A stretch of 64,000 bases of DNA from Dudresnaya verticillata (taxonomy: Eukaryota). The notes beneath the pieces were generated by a model. It was not told the origin of the DNA. It saw only the letters and a list, made by a program, of their open reading frames with translations, and did no database searches. The DNA is taken from NCBI GenBank assembly GCA_977862235.1, contig OZ374558.1, positions 2,046,001 to 2,110,000 on the forward strand, in the 5' to 3' direction. Shown here in pieces: positions 11,855 to 23,101 of this stretch. The position numbers and the translations under genes were made by a program. The first letter of the stretch is position 1; the number at the start of each line of letters is the position of its first letter.

Positions 11855-13255
11855 GTGATTTCTGGAGCCGCTTTTGCTGTTAAAGCTATTAAAATGAGAT
11901 CCTGGCGTCATCCACAAAGATCCTTGGAGGATCAACACTTGAGAGCATACTTTTTCTGGTCAGGAACAGAAGGATATCCCGAGGATAAGAAGCGAGCCAT
12001 AGAGTTGCTGGAATACTGCTGCCTATTCGGTTACGGACCTTCCAGAAACAAGCTTGCAAATATTTTAAAAGACGGAGAAGATGGCGTTCAAAAGGATGTG
12101 GCAAAAGCTCTTGCTTTGTTTGAAGAAGGGCATGAGGCCGGTGACGCATATTCGAGCTACTCTTTGGCCAACATGTTGCTGTTTTCACTCGATGCAGATC
12201 CGTCTAACGCAAACCGGGCAGTATCACTTCTGGAACATGCGATCGAACAGGGTCAAGAAGAGGCTTCGTATACTCTGGCATACGTGTTATGTTTTGAGAC
12301 TCTTGGAGTTCCGAGGAACGCAGAGCGAGCCCAGTTTCTTTTGAACTTGGGTGTGGACAGGAACTGTACGATTTCCATGAACGCTTTAGCCATATTACTG
12401 CTCCACGGCGAGAGCGGTTTCGAAAAAGATGTTCTCCGTTGTTTCGACTTGCTTGAGCGTAGCATCATCTTAGGGGACGAAGAGGCAGTAATTCTCCTGG
12501 CTCGTATATTCGAAGAGGGGACCCCCGAAATCAGAAAAGATTTAGATAAGGCGATGGAAATATACGTGACTTCTGCAATGAGTGGAAATCGAAGTGCGAT
12601 GACTGAGCTCGTACACTTTCTACAGCTTAACAAAGGTATGGTGACAAAGAATCCTCGTGCGGTGATGAACTTTCTCGAGCTTGCTGTTGAGAACAGGAAC
12701 TTCACCGCTGCGAACAAGGTAACCGTACTAATGCTTGGCATTTTTGAAGATGGGTTTGAACATTCCTCTCGTCACAGCGCTTTCCGAACAAATTCAGTCG
12801 CTGCTGGTGTTGATGTGGCATTGATCAGGCTTGGTGACAAGATAGAGAATAGCCAAAACGCAGCTGAGAAAGACGTTTTGCTTGCCATGCGTCTCTATAT
12901 CGCTGCAATATATTGCTCAGATAGCGTTGCTGCAATGCTCAGACTGGCCAAATTGTTCATTATGGGCGGGCAGGAGGACTCAACTAATATTCCTCAGGCT
13001 GTCGCCCTCTTGGAACGTGCTATAGAATGTGGTGATTTGAAGGCCATGGTGATGCTAGCAGAGTTGATAGTAGAAGGTAGAGTGCCCCAAAATCCCTTAC
13101 GAGCAAGGAATTTATATGAACAAGCTGCTGCGGGTGGTGACGTGGATGCAATGCTGGGGTTGGCTTTATTACTGAGGAATGGCAGCCATGGCGTGAGAAA
13201 AGATCCGATAAGGGCTAAGAAGCTGTTTGAAAGAGCGTCAATGCTCGAACACTAG
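11855..13255 (+). CDS. Sel1-like repeat protein, copy 2
   Basis: Mirror of 1223..2623 with one aa difference (GMVTKN vs GMVKKN). First ATG at 11894. Confidence 0.9.
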   Translation: MISGAAFAVKAIKMRSWRHPQRSLEDQHLRAYFFWSGTEGYPEDKKRAIELLEYCCLFGYGPSRNKLANILKDGEDGVQKDVAKALALFEEGHEAGDAYSSYSLANMLLFSLDADPSNANRAVSLLEHAIEQGQEEASYTLAYVLCFETLGVPRNAERAQFLLNLGVDRNCTISMNALAILLLHGESGFEKDVLRCFDLLERSIILGDEEAVILLARIFEEGTPEIRKDLDKAMEIYVTSAMSGNRSAMTELVHFLQLNKGMVTKNPRAVMNFLELAVENRNFTAANKVTVLMLGIFEDGFEHSSRHSAFRTNSVAAGVDVALIRLGDKIENSQNAAEKDVLLAMRLYIAAIYCSDSVAAMLRLAKLFIMGGQEDSTNIPQAVALLERAIECGDLKAMVMLAELIVEGRVPQNPLRARNLYEQAAAGGDVDAMLGLALLLRNGSHGVRKDPIRAKKLFERASMLEH

Positions 13256-16200
13256 TGCATGGGCGGTTATTGTATTTGATATAATCTCATTCATTGCCTT
13301 TTCGTAAATACATTTGTTAATGAAGGATGATCCCTTTTGGAACTGTTATCAATTGATGCAAGTTATATACAAGTCACTCGATACAGCTTGCGCGATTCAC
13401 AATCCTTTAACTCAGAATCTGTATCTGAACGTGTACAATTGCTGTGTTTTTATCCTCTTTAGTACCACAATGCTCTGTTCAATGTTAATATGAACTAATA
13501 TTGTTAGCTACGAGATAGCATATATCGGGTGACTCGCTATCTGAGAATGATCTATATGATAAAGTGATTTCTCCGTAGTATAGAAGCATGCAGTGGTGCT
13601 ATGCCAGAACACAATTGGGCACGCCTTTTCTACACGAAGGACTAAGCCATAAACTATACCTTAATATCGTTGGCTCACCCTACAACTCTACAACTCTATA
13701 CCACTATTTTCACCATCAACAAATATGCTCCCTCATCTTTCATAACATTTGTGAACATATATACTATCATGGGCGATATGAGTAGGCCTAATATTTTCAC
13801 TACTGCATCCCACCGTGCTTGAGTCCGCCAAGCTGGCACTCGGCTTTGCCTCGTCCTGATAACAGGCCCTTCGGCCCACGTTTCCACTCGTCGCCGGGAG
13901 ACAGCCCGAACATCTCAACCTCCTTCAAGGAAGAAGAAAGTTGCTGTTTGCGTTCTGAACCTATTCTCGAATTGAACCAGTCGTGAAGCCCCACAGAAGA
14001 CTTGAAAAGAACATAAATAAACGTCTCTATCAAGCATTCCGATAATACTATATAGTCGTATGCAGAGCTGCCGATCCTACGGAATCTCAGCAATTGCATT
14101 GAAATATAGCGCTAGGTATAATAGTAATCTGCGGTCTGTTTCAATCGCCCCTGATAAACAGTCCAACAGCGACTGTTATAAACAGCTTAACCGCCCTCCC
14201 CACTGCGCTATTGAAAATGACTACTCTTCAAAGTGCAATACCCAATAAGTATTGCGACAGTCTGGAATAGTTCTTAACTAAATATTGCAATAAACATGTT
14301 AAGTGTTTGCCAAGGAGCCTGCATTGACAAACATGTATACAATACACAAGAGTCTTATCAGTCCGCTTTCCCAAAAGATTGTAAGTGAGCAATTAGAATT
14401 GATATTCTCATCGCAATCCACCCATTCTAATTTAGACGGTAGGCACATACTGCATGGAACACACTTCGTTTTCGCAGTACGCGCAGCAAATATGTACCAA
14501 AACTGCATTCTGATGTTCATATTGGTATGCCCAAATACTTGCCACTTGATATCTATTGCAAAAACAAAAGATTAGGGGTACTTCTGTTATATTAGCGAAT
14601 GCCTGGAGGCTGCTAAAGTTGTCGTGGAGCTAGTTTCTCATCCCCAAAAATACAGCCCTCGTCCGGAATATCTCTGCAGTATCTGCAGCTTTCTTATCAG
14701 TGCTGCAAGAAGGGCTGTCGTTACTCGATTTTTGGTTCGCCTCTCAAAAGAGTTCCTGCAGCTTAGGAAAATGATAAAAGGCCTTCCCGTGGGTTTTTGT
14801 GAGATGATAACAAGAAGGGGCAGTTGTTCGACGGAATAAACTGAACGGAGTTCGGAATCCATTGCCGTCGCCGTCCGGAACAGCAGAAACTGTTGTTGGA
14901 AGGTTGAACTGGACAGAGAGACTACAAAGCAGACCCGGCGGGCCTTCGGGAACTTCCCACGCGGACCAATGCAGGGTTGAAGAGTAACATTTCCGACCAC
15001 ATTGCTGTAGTACGGTAGCGCCCTTCGAATCCTATCATGAAGGTCCCATCTCTCTAGTACGGTACCTCCGCTTGTAACGGCACGAAAATTGGCCGAAGAC
15101 ACCCCGGGGGCTCTCAAGAAAGGTTGCAAGGTCCAGGGGCACACGATCAAGGCACTCAGCCGAAGCCAGAGAAGGGCTCGCGCTCGAGGTCGGGCGAGCA
15201 CGGACATCCCCGGTGACTGCGAATGCAAGGACGTCAGGCCCGTGCAAGAATGGAAGTGTTTTGTACTCGCGCTATCCATGTTCTACGGGGTGACCTGCTA
15301 CTAAACTTCAAGTAACAGAGTACTATCTGAAACTGGATGTCAAGGGTGCTCGATAAATGGTACGATTCCCCATAATCAATTATCTTGGAGATACAGGAAT
15401 TTAGAGAATACCTCATGCCGTCGTGTAAATTATGGGTAAAACATCGTGTACGTTGGATAGCTTGAAGAACCGGAGGGAACCGTGGACGTTGTTTCGAACA
15501 CAGGTAAAGCCGGGGCGTTGTTAAGAAAGTGTCCGTATTTCCGTTGCTTTTCGTGCGAACGCTGACGACCATTAAGGGGATGCTCAGCAGTCCTGGAGAG
15601 AGGGAAGCTTATCGGTATCTATATTTATTCTTTCTTGAATAGAAGCTCGGCCATACCATCGCATTTATTAATGCTCCCCAAGTTGGTTCCCCGCCCCTCA
15701 GGACTATAGAAGACAAGTTGTTGTCATTTATCGGAAGACAACAAAAGTCACAGGTGGGAGCGATGGAAAATAGAGAGGAACGATACTCTTGTTGAGCATC
15801 TCTCGGCACTCGTCCTGAAGAAACGTCCGTCGCGACGCGAAAACTCACGTCCATAACCGCAGCAGAAGACGCTTTTGACACGTTGCACGGCACGTGGAGG
15901 ACTCTTTTGACACATACCACCATGCCGCCTTGACATTGCCCCTCCGCTGCCGTCGCCGCCGGTCTACGCACTCTCACGCCCAGTACCTCATCTCCTCGTC
16001 AACAGTGTGGACGAAGACTGTAAGGCATTGCGTCTGTAATGGGAAAGGGACACGCTGTCCCATGCGCCACAAGCGTGGAAGGCGAGGTGCAACAGGCTCT
16101 CGATCAAGAGGGAGTCCAGGGGGACTGTCAGCCGGAGAGGAGGACGAAACAGGAAGACGACCACTCGGGGACGAAGAAGAAGATCGACTAGGGGTACGAT

Positions 16201-16861
16201 GCCCGAGACCCAGCGGAACGGCCTTGAGCCGGCCACTGGCAACCCGGTCCCATTGCAGCGGGGGCAGCAATCTGATCTCGGGCGAACAACGCGCGTTTGC
16301 AGCGCCGAAGTGTTGCCGTTCTTTCCTGGTCGAGCGCGATTGCCTTCGTTTGCTGGGCGTTAGCGTTCGACTCTCTTTACTTTGTGCAAGCGCGGATTGT
16401 CACAGCACAAGTGCTCCGCAAAAGATCTCCCGCGCATGCGAAAGATGTCGTCTCCCAGCGCGACGAAAAAACGCTTCTGACCACGAGGGAGTGGATAGCA
16501 CGCATCTCCGACTGCTTGGCCGGATGGTCTTATGACCATGAAGAGAAGAAGACTGCAACTTGTGATCTAGCCTTCCGTATGGCGTTTGTATCGGCATACT
16601 ACGTCGGAGACCACGCCTTTAACCTTTACTCTGTTCAAATTGTTCACTCACTTCCTTATCCAGCACTATGAGCCGAATGTTCCCTCTGTTAACCTCCTGC
16701 AATTGCCCATCCATCTCTACTTCTCCTTGGCATCATGTCCATCTCTACCGAGACTGATATCAACGCTTGGACACGCAGGCAACCCCACCGGCACAGAAAC
16801 AGGGAATCATCTAAGGCAACGTGAGCACTACCGCAACGGATTTGGCCTACCATTTTTCCCT

Positions 16862-18016
16862 TCATTGTGTAGGCGTCTCATCTTCGTCGTCAACGAACGC
16901 ACTGCTTTTGTTTTCGGATAATAGTAAGACGGCTAGCGAAGCAATGTCGTCACTGTTCTTAGCCACTTGCTGGTGCTTCAGTGGGACGGGTCCCCGGAAA
17001 GGCTCGGATGGTATATCGTCGTTGCGTGGCACCTTATCGCTCTGCACTTCATTCTGTGCATTTGAAATTGGCTCGTTCGGTTCTTCCATCGCAATCTCTC
17101 GTCGCAGAACATCAGATTCGCCAAGGAAGGCATACACGTCTTGACAAAAGCCTTCCTTGCCTTCATGCTGATTTGCAATTTCTTCGCCATGTCCAAAACC
17201 ACTTGATAAAGATGCAGGAGGAGCCCGCTCATGAACATCCACGGGGACATTGGACATCCCGGATTGCACCCCCACAGCATCTTCAATTCCCTGTCCCATG
17301 ACTATCTGACGCACTGAATTCGGCTTGACAGCTTGCTTTTCGCCAAGAGCATTCCAATCTACTCCAGTTCCAGATGAAACATCGAAGGTCTTTCCCCGTT
17401 CTACAAGTCCTTCAGCGAGATACGAATCCTCGAGTCGGCCCCCAAAGTTACCTTGCCTGCTTTCACACTCTCGGCATTTCCATTCCTCAAGATCGTTTCC
17501 GCTGAGCTTAAGAATCCTGTCGTCGGATTCTTCAGCACATGCAAGGCATAGACCATTTCCACATCCATTGAAAGTGCTATGAAAACAAGTGAACATTGTC
17601 ACTGAATTGCAAGAACAGGAGATGCATCTCATCCTTGTTTGAATGAACGCTTGATTCTTGTGGACAATGGAGAGAGCCTCGTTGTGCGACGGAATGTTTG
17701 GGCGCTTTTGGGTAGCCAGTTTTACGTCTTGGATTGCGGTGCCAACATGGGAAGTGGTGAACGAGGCATCCAAATTGAAGCTTCCCTCGGTCACTGCAGG
17801 ATTATGTCTTGCAGCCCTATGTGATACATTTGTCATTCCTCGTGGCGAATTTGCATTCTCGGAAGTGCTTGGGCCAGGAGCAGAGGATGTACTCGAACCG
17901 GAAGCATGACCTTGAGCGGATTCCATTACGGTTCGACTGTGTCCCCTACCTCCCTGCTGTGCCCTTGCAAACCTTCTTCCTCTCGAGGGTATCCTTTGGT
18001 CTCGCTTCTGGGTCAC
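16862..18016 (-). CDS. Hypothetical protein with Cys/His zinc-finger-like domain (PHD/RING/4CXXC-like); may be part of a longer disrupted gene
   Basis: 384-aa ORF (first ATG 17926) containing CISC-x8-CFH-x4-GC-x4-CLAC-x19-WKCREC, flanked by low-complexity sequence. Confidence 0.55.
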   Translation of the reverse strand: MTQKRDQRIPSRGRRFARAQQGGRGHSRTVMESAQGHASGSSTSSAPGPSTSENANSPRGMTNVSHRAARHNPAVTEGSFNLDASFTTSHVGTAIQDVKLATQKRPNIPSHNEALSIVHKNQAFIQTRMRCISCSCNSVTMFTCFHSTFNGCGNGLCLACAEESDDRILKLSGNDLEEWKCRECESRQGNFGGRLEDSYLAEGLVERGKTFDVSSGTGVDWNALGEKQAVKPNSVRQIVMGQGIEDAVGVQSGMSNVPVDVHERAPPASLSSGFGHGEEIANQHEGKEGFCQDVYAFLGESDVLRREIAMEEPNEPISNAQNEVQSDKVPRNDDIPSEPFRGPVPLKHQQVAKNSDDIASLAVLLLSENKSSAFVDDEDETPTQ

Positions 18017-20206
18017 AGATGCCTTCTTAGCGTGTGATTTGAGAGCTGGTCTTCTCCTACCCTTCTTCCTGTCTAATACTTCCCAGCTATCTGGAATTCC
18101 TGTTCAGAGCTTCCGACTGCTTCCCTCTGTTGGGGTACCTTCTCCGCTGTTTCTGAGCCCTGAGCCTCGCGGATCTTCCACGCAAACTTCTTTCCAGTTC
18201 TGACCCAATATCTCAAGAAGAACAAGGCCCTTCTGAAGCTGATGCTGCCAAAATTGCTGTTGTTGTATCTTCTGCCGATTACGGTTGCTGGTAGCGCACC
18301 GGACACAGAGCCCGTTCCTGTAGCCACGGGAGTTCTTCGCGCAGTGAAGCAAGAAGTAAGAAATTTAAGAAACGTTACAGCGCACAGTCGATGTATGGGG
18401 AGAAACTTGAACGGTAGGAGAGAAGTTGTTGCAGTTCTGCATTTTGGATTTTGATAATGGCTATCTGATCGCGACGATTCGTTCTAGCTAGCGGTTTCTG
18501 TGACTCCAACGTTGCACAAAAATGGCAAGACGTTCCCATTCTTCGCAACGGCACTCTGGGGATTAATTCAGTCAAGAATGGAACTGTCGCCAGCGCTTGA
18601 AGTTTGTACGTTATTCCGAAATGAGAGTGGGTGATCATCAGTATAGCGTTGGAGTTGAGCTGTTTGTCTTAACGACTCAGAAGCGTCTTCGGCCCGTTAG
18701 ACACTGGTGCGATCTGGAGCTCCTAGTTCTCCTTTCTGAATCACGTTCCCCCTCTCTCTGAACTAAGGAGCATAGGATGTTTCTAGGTTAGAGATTTCTG
18801 TTCTTGTATCCGCGTAAAAGCTGTCGTTACTTAACTTGGCCTAGCAGTTACAGATATGCAAATGACGGAGGGAATGGTACCTTTAGCGTCGAATAATTGA
18901 ATCGTGCCGACCATGTAACGATGTCCCAAGAACACTTAAGCCTTTTGAATTCGTTTGTCAGAAGTAGGCAGAACTGAACGGGTCGATGGAAGGGGCTGCG
19001 TGCCGCTCCGTCAGAATGATCCTTCAACTTACCGTATGGTCTACGCAAGAGACCATTACCAGGTTGCTTGTTGCATAGGCATTTTTATTGCAGTACCAAT
19101 CAGAATGGTCCCTTAGTACCTTAACGAGTACTATACCGTTGGCAGACGGCAATTGATGACCTTCTCTCATTCGCGACTCCTCTCGGTCGCTATTTCCGTT
19201 GACAGAAAATTGCCGTATGCTTGAAGTGATAATATACTTTTACTCAGCCGGGCTTTGAGTGCGTTACAGCTTGAAGTGAACGGAGGCGGCTTCCAAACAA
19301 AACATGTCACTACAGCAGTGCCCCGAGTGGAGTGGAGATTTACCAACAGCGAGATTTACCAGAAACCCACAGCGGAGCAGTGATCCCTCGCGGTTTCGAT
19401 ACACCTCCAGCGTCTTTGTCGCCATGCATTATCGGCATCCTGATTCATTTTAATGCAGTATGCTCGTGGGGCTGTATCTCCTCACTGAGTTCGAGCTTTA
19501 CGCTGGAACAACTCTGTGTAACCTGTGCACCGTACACTCAACAAATTCTTGTCTCCTGTACTCTTGTTTTGGATACCAAGTGTCGAGCCCTACACTGTTC
19601 TTTGAGTTGCTCTGCCCAATTTCTGAAACTTGTTGGAGGACATGCTTGCGAACATGGGAGGTTGACGCAGAAGCGCTTGATGTCCAAAGCAACGATATCA
19701 GCCTTATGGCATTTCTACCAAAACGTTTGTTACGACTATTTGCGGTGTCGTAGAGAGTTTCCCTACTTGCTCTACCGCTGTGGACAACAGTACAGACAAG
19801 CTTTCGGCGTTCCGCCCGCAGATTATTTTACTTAGCTCCAGCTTTGGGCCAGCCTCGCCTCACGCGAGAAAAATGACCCGTCCGCAGTATCCATGCCAGT
19901 GTTACACATGCGTCAAATTTGCAACGAGCGCGTGGTGTCTCGACACCTGTCGACCCGTCTGTCTGTATCGTTTTTGTTGCTTTCGCGGTGATACCGATCC
20001 CATAAGTCGCCCACGCAGGACCACGTTGACAACCAGTAAAAGTTTAGCATCACGTTAAACAACAAATAAAATACAACAACACGTGTCCACAACCAACTTT
20101 GAAGAGGCGGTACCGGAGGATTGCAACGCCTTCACACTGACACTCTTGGCTTCTCTAGGATGCGACGTCGTTTGACGGCGATATTTGTCAATGCTGGGGA
20201 TGCGGC

Positions 20207-20644
20207 CTACTTCGGCGGGATGTCGGTCGCGGGCGAGTCAGAGTGGCCAGGCAAGGTGGTCGGAGTTGCTTCATTTGGTAGAGACATCCCAAGCGGCTCT
20301 GGTGGCGATGTGGGCAGGGCAGGAGGTTCACCCAGTTCAGCAGGATCGTTTGTCGGATGGTCAGTCGAGAGTGGTAGAGAAGTCTTCTTCTTCGCTGGTG
20401 AGGGCGGTTGAGGCTGAGGCAGGAGAGTGCGGCTCCGCCGGGGGTCGGAGCGGGAATTAGTGGTGGTGGTGGTGCGGGGATGGGATGCTGAGGGGCTTGG
20501 TGGCGTCATGTCGAAAGGACGAGACCACCATTCCCTGGAGCGGTCGGCGGGATTGCAGACATCTTCGTGAATGGAAGCGAGGATGTCGTTAACTTGGTCT
20601 CCCAAATCGGGTACCGGCCGCGGCGCTCGTTTCGTATTGTCCAT
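20207..20644 (-). CDS. Hypothetical Pro/Ser/Thr-rich protein (possibly truncated)
   Basis: ATG-initiated 145-aa ORF with a TATA-like tataag ~75 bp upstream and a (TC)n tract in the putative 5' UTR. No recognisable domain. Confidence 0.3.
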   Translation of the reverse strand: MDNTKRAPRPVPDLGDQVNDILASIHEDVCNPADRSREWWSRPFDMTPPSPSASHPRTTTTTNSRSDPRRSRTLLPQPQPPSPAKKKTSLPLSTDHPTNDPAELGEPPALPTSPPEPLGMSLPNEATPTTLPGHSDSPATDIPPK

Positions 20645-23101
20645 GGCGCGACGAGGGCGATGCTGCCGCGAGCGGATGGCGAGGGCCGTTGCGCCGAGAG
20701 AGAGAGAGAGAGGGAACGCTTATAGATGCAGAAGCTGGAGAGGGATGCTATTTCGCGCGAGAAGCTAAAGAAGCAACGGAGAGCGCAAGCCGACGGCAGT
20801 TGGTAGCTAAAGATTGATAGGGAAGCAAAAGCTGAGAAAAAACCGAATAGTGAGCGCACCGACGACTTTGATCCGACGGATTACGGGCGCGGTAGGCGCA
20901 AGCGGAGCGCGGTGACCTGAGAGGGAGGATCTACGGCCGTTTTGCGCGAGCACTGCGAGGGACTGTGATTGGGTGCGTCAGTCGGTGCCACCGACGGTTG
21001 GACCAATGGGGCGCGCGCGTGGAAGCGCCGTGCACTGCTGTGCCATTGTGGGCGTGGCCGCACGTGGACACGTGTTGCCACGTGTCCAGAAAACCCGCCC
21101 TCCGCGCCGTCGCAGATCCCGATCCACCCCACGCCGCATCCGGATCCCCCGCCCGCCACAAAACTCCGCCACCTTCGCTCACGCTTGCAGTCCTCAACTC
21201 CGCACTTGCTGCCTCTGTCTCATCTTCTTTCTCAAGTCTTGCAAGTACCACTTTGGCTTTCCCCCCTCCTTCCTTCCTTTCCTTCGTCAGCACGTCCATC
21301 CACAAGTCTTACTCGCATTCCTCCTCACGTTCTCAACCGTTTACGGCACTGATACATCACGCACGCGGACAGGACACGTGATCAACGACTAAATGGAGAT
21401 AGGGAATTCGATGCGATTGGATGTGCACTGCTCTTGATAGATGAAATGTTTTAGCCCAAAATGATGACGAGGAGGAGGATGAACAAGGGCAAGTTCGTAG
21501 GCAAGCTGCTCGGTTCTTTGCAGATACACAACACTACTGGGCGCTTCAGCTATTGAAGTCTTACTCCAATGCGATGCTTGTATTGCAACATGCATTGCGG
21601 TTTTGGTAAGAGTATTGCAATATATATTGGTTTTCCAGAAGAAAGCGCAATACTATTGCTTTATTGCTTGCCTTGGCTGCAATCCGCTGCAATAGAATTG
21701 GTCCGAAACCTCAGCTACTTATAGCCCAGAAGTTATAGATCATTCATTTTGGTATCATCGCAAGGCCTTCGCCATTGACCACCAGATTAAGGCCCGCATC
21801 TCTCGTCTGGCCTTCCTCACAGACCGGATCTCCTTCGAAATCAACAAACTCTTTGAGATTGCAGCCAAGTCGAGGGGCAAGAGTTCAACCTCGATTACCC
21901 AGTTTCTGCAGAGCTCCCACGACCGCTGATTCGGCAATGCAACATGGCGAAGGAGCTGAGCACTGAAACACTACTTCACTGACAAGTTACATCCACCCTG
22001 GTGGCGCAACCAAGCAATTGCGCATGCAACCGCGTACCAAGAGTCCAACCGTAGATGACGCTGTAGGTAAGAAGTACGCCGCTTGCTATGTTAGAATGGT
22101 TGTCTACACATGCTCAATCGAGCCAATGGACCAATGGAGAAAGAACTGAACACCCCGCCCTGCACGCAAGCGGTATTCGCATGTTGTGCAAAGAGAAGTC
22201 CGACCCGCCCCATGTGAACAATATGGCCCGCTTGGTAATCCTTGGCCAATCCGTCTTGTTTCAGAGCATGTATCCATTCCATGGCATCTTATCTTTTAAC
22301 CTTGAAGCCCCAAACCCGTCTGCGTCACAAATCGCTTTCGCAAGCCTGAATGTCCGCCCTATACCACCGCTGATCTTCTCCGCATACGCATTCACATAGT
22401 TGTCGTACTTGCCCGTCCGTATGTACCACTGGTAGCTCACGCCGGTCGCAGACCCGTCCGGTCGCATCCCTCCCCGTTGCGCGCAGCGCCCGCAGTCAGC
22501 ATGACCGGCATTCAAATCTCGGTACTGTACGTGGGTACAGCACAGAGGCGTGCTCAACGTGCGCACCTGTGCGTCCTGCCTGACAAGCGGCGACACGCCT
22601 TCGTCGACGATGGCCGTCGTGGCATACCGCCTGCACGAGCCGCGCCGGCGTACTCCAGGTGTCTTAGAGACCGTACACGAGCGTGCCATTATCCGCCTCG
22701 GTCACGCCGCCCGTCCGCCGCAGCCGCACATCCGCAAACACTGCGCAAGCGCGCATGGCCGCGGTGGTGGAAGGTAACCCGCCGGGCCGCTCCACGGGTC
22801 CGCACAGGAATGGCACACGGGACGCACGCACCACGTGCGCCCGGCGCTTCCCGACCCGAAGCACAAAAAAAAGAAAAACAGATCGCGTGTGTTCTTTTGC
22901 GTCTCCAGAGCCATTTGAGAAAACAAGCACAACCTTTCTTTTACTCTAAAAAAGCAATGCTTTTTTGGGAAAGGGTCAAACTACCAGGACACATTGCAGG
23001 AGGAGGGGATACGTTGCGGCGATTCACGCAACCTTCTCAGCGATGGGGGAGGTCCCTTTCTTGACCAATACTCCCATACCCAAAGCCGCCGAGAACCGCT
23101 C

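Larger units (their letters stand above)
7859..14477. repeat. Right arm of giant palindrome
   Basis: Reverse complement of 1-6619. The only difference visible in the ORF track is 1833/12645 (Sel1 protein K vs T). Confidence 0.98.

Noticed and set aside
15600..16620. Ulp1-protease-like 'CLPIN' fragment and a LINE-like degenerate stretch
   Set aside because: Similarities are too short, and catalytic motifs are not recoverable by eye.
21580..21700. Clustered tattgc/gcaata motifs like DNA-transposon subterminal repeats
   Set aside because: No TIR, TSD or transposase could be identified.
22090..22700. 'IRTGKYDNYVNAYAEKI' resembling a GH26-type glycosidase segment
   Set aside because: Single short motif in a stop-interrupted frame; no catalytic HE motif found.
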